From Mobula birostris (taxonomy: Eukaryota), in NCBI RefSeq assembly GCF_030028105.1, contig NC_092380.1, positions 12,303,123-12,367,122 on the forward strand: 64,000 nucleotides of DNA. The letters run 5' to 3'. The position numbers were made by a program, and so were the translations under genes. This document shows, piece by piece, positions 63,721-64,000 of this stretch. How positions within the stretch are numbered: position 1 is the first letter of the stretch; each line of letters opens with the position of its first letter. Under the pieces are notes generated by a model. It searched no databases and had not been told where the DNA came from. It saw only the letters and a list, made by a program, of their open reading frames with translations.

Positions 63721-64000
63721 CTTCAGATTTCCCAAATGAACTTCAGCTCCTGCATTTGAGTGCTTTCTATTCACAGCTGATATTTGAGCCAGCAATTGCT
63801 TGGACCCAATCTCTATTTCTGATTCAATAGACTACTTTTAGAATTTCAGCTGACCTTTGTGATTGTACCCAGTTCAAGCTTGATCGTGTAGCAGGCTAGG
63901 CTTATTGTCTGTCAGACCTGCAATCCATCGACCTGCATTGTTAGAGCAATATATATTGATTAATGAAAATAGTTTTAATGGGAAATTGTATTTTAATAAT

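Noticed and set aside
1-64000. CRISPR arrays, operons or prokaryotic defence systems
   Set aside because: No regularly spaced repeat-spacer array or operon structure; the window is intron-rich vertebrate DNA.

Overview
Repeat-dense vertebrate DNA, most likely a cartilaginous fish such as a ray (inferred from the CR1, Penelope, Rex-Babar and V-SINE repertoire; the species cannot be determined). Two host genes lie on the minus strand. One is a complete four-coding-exon THAP7 gene (62409 to 48886, 359 aa, with C2CH THAP zinc finger, AVPTLF box, EHSY HCF-1-binding motif and C-terminal coiled coil). The other is the 5' part of a gene I cannot name, starting in a CpG island at 33638 and running off the left edge, with phase-compatible downstream exons. 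Most of the remainder is layered mobile DNA: CR1, Rex-Babar, RTE and RTE-X LINEs, many Penelope-like elements, tRNA-derived and V-SINEs, and Tc1, Tigger, hAT and Harbinger DNA transposons or MITEs. The most notable non-coding signals are about ten minimal type-I hammerhead ribozyme motifs in Penelope termini, fold-back Penelope insertions bounded by a single TSD, a four-family nested composite MITE that used a cryptic end, and an 88-bp locally templated insertion. There are no prokaryotic-type systems. I found nothing I can claim as a wholly new biological system; the findings are mostly unusual instances of known families. All calls were made by eye, and family names come from recall rather than database searches.
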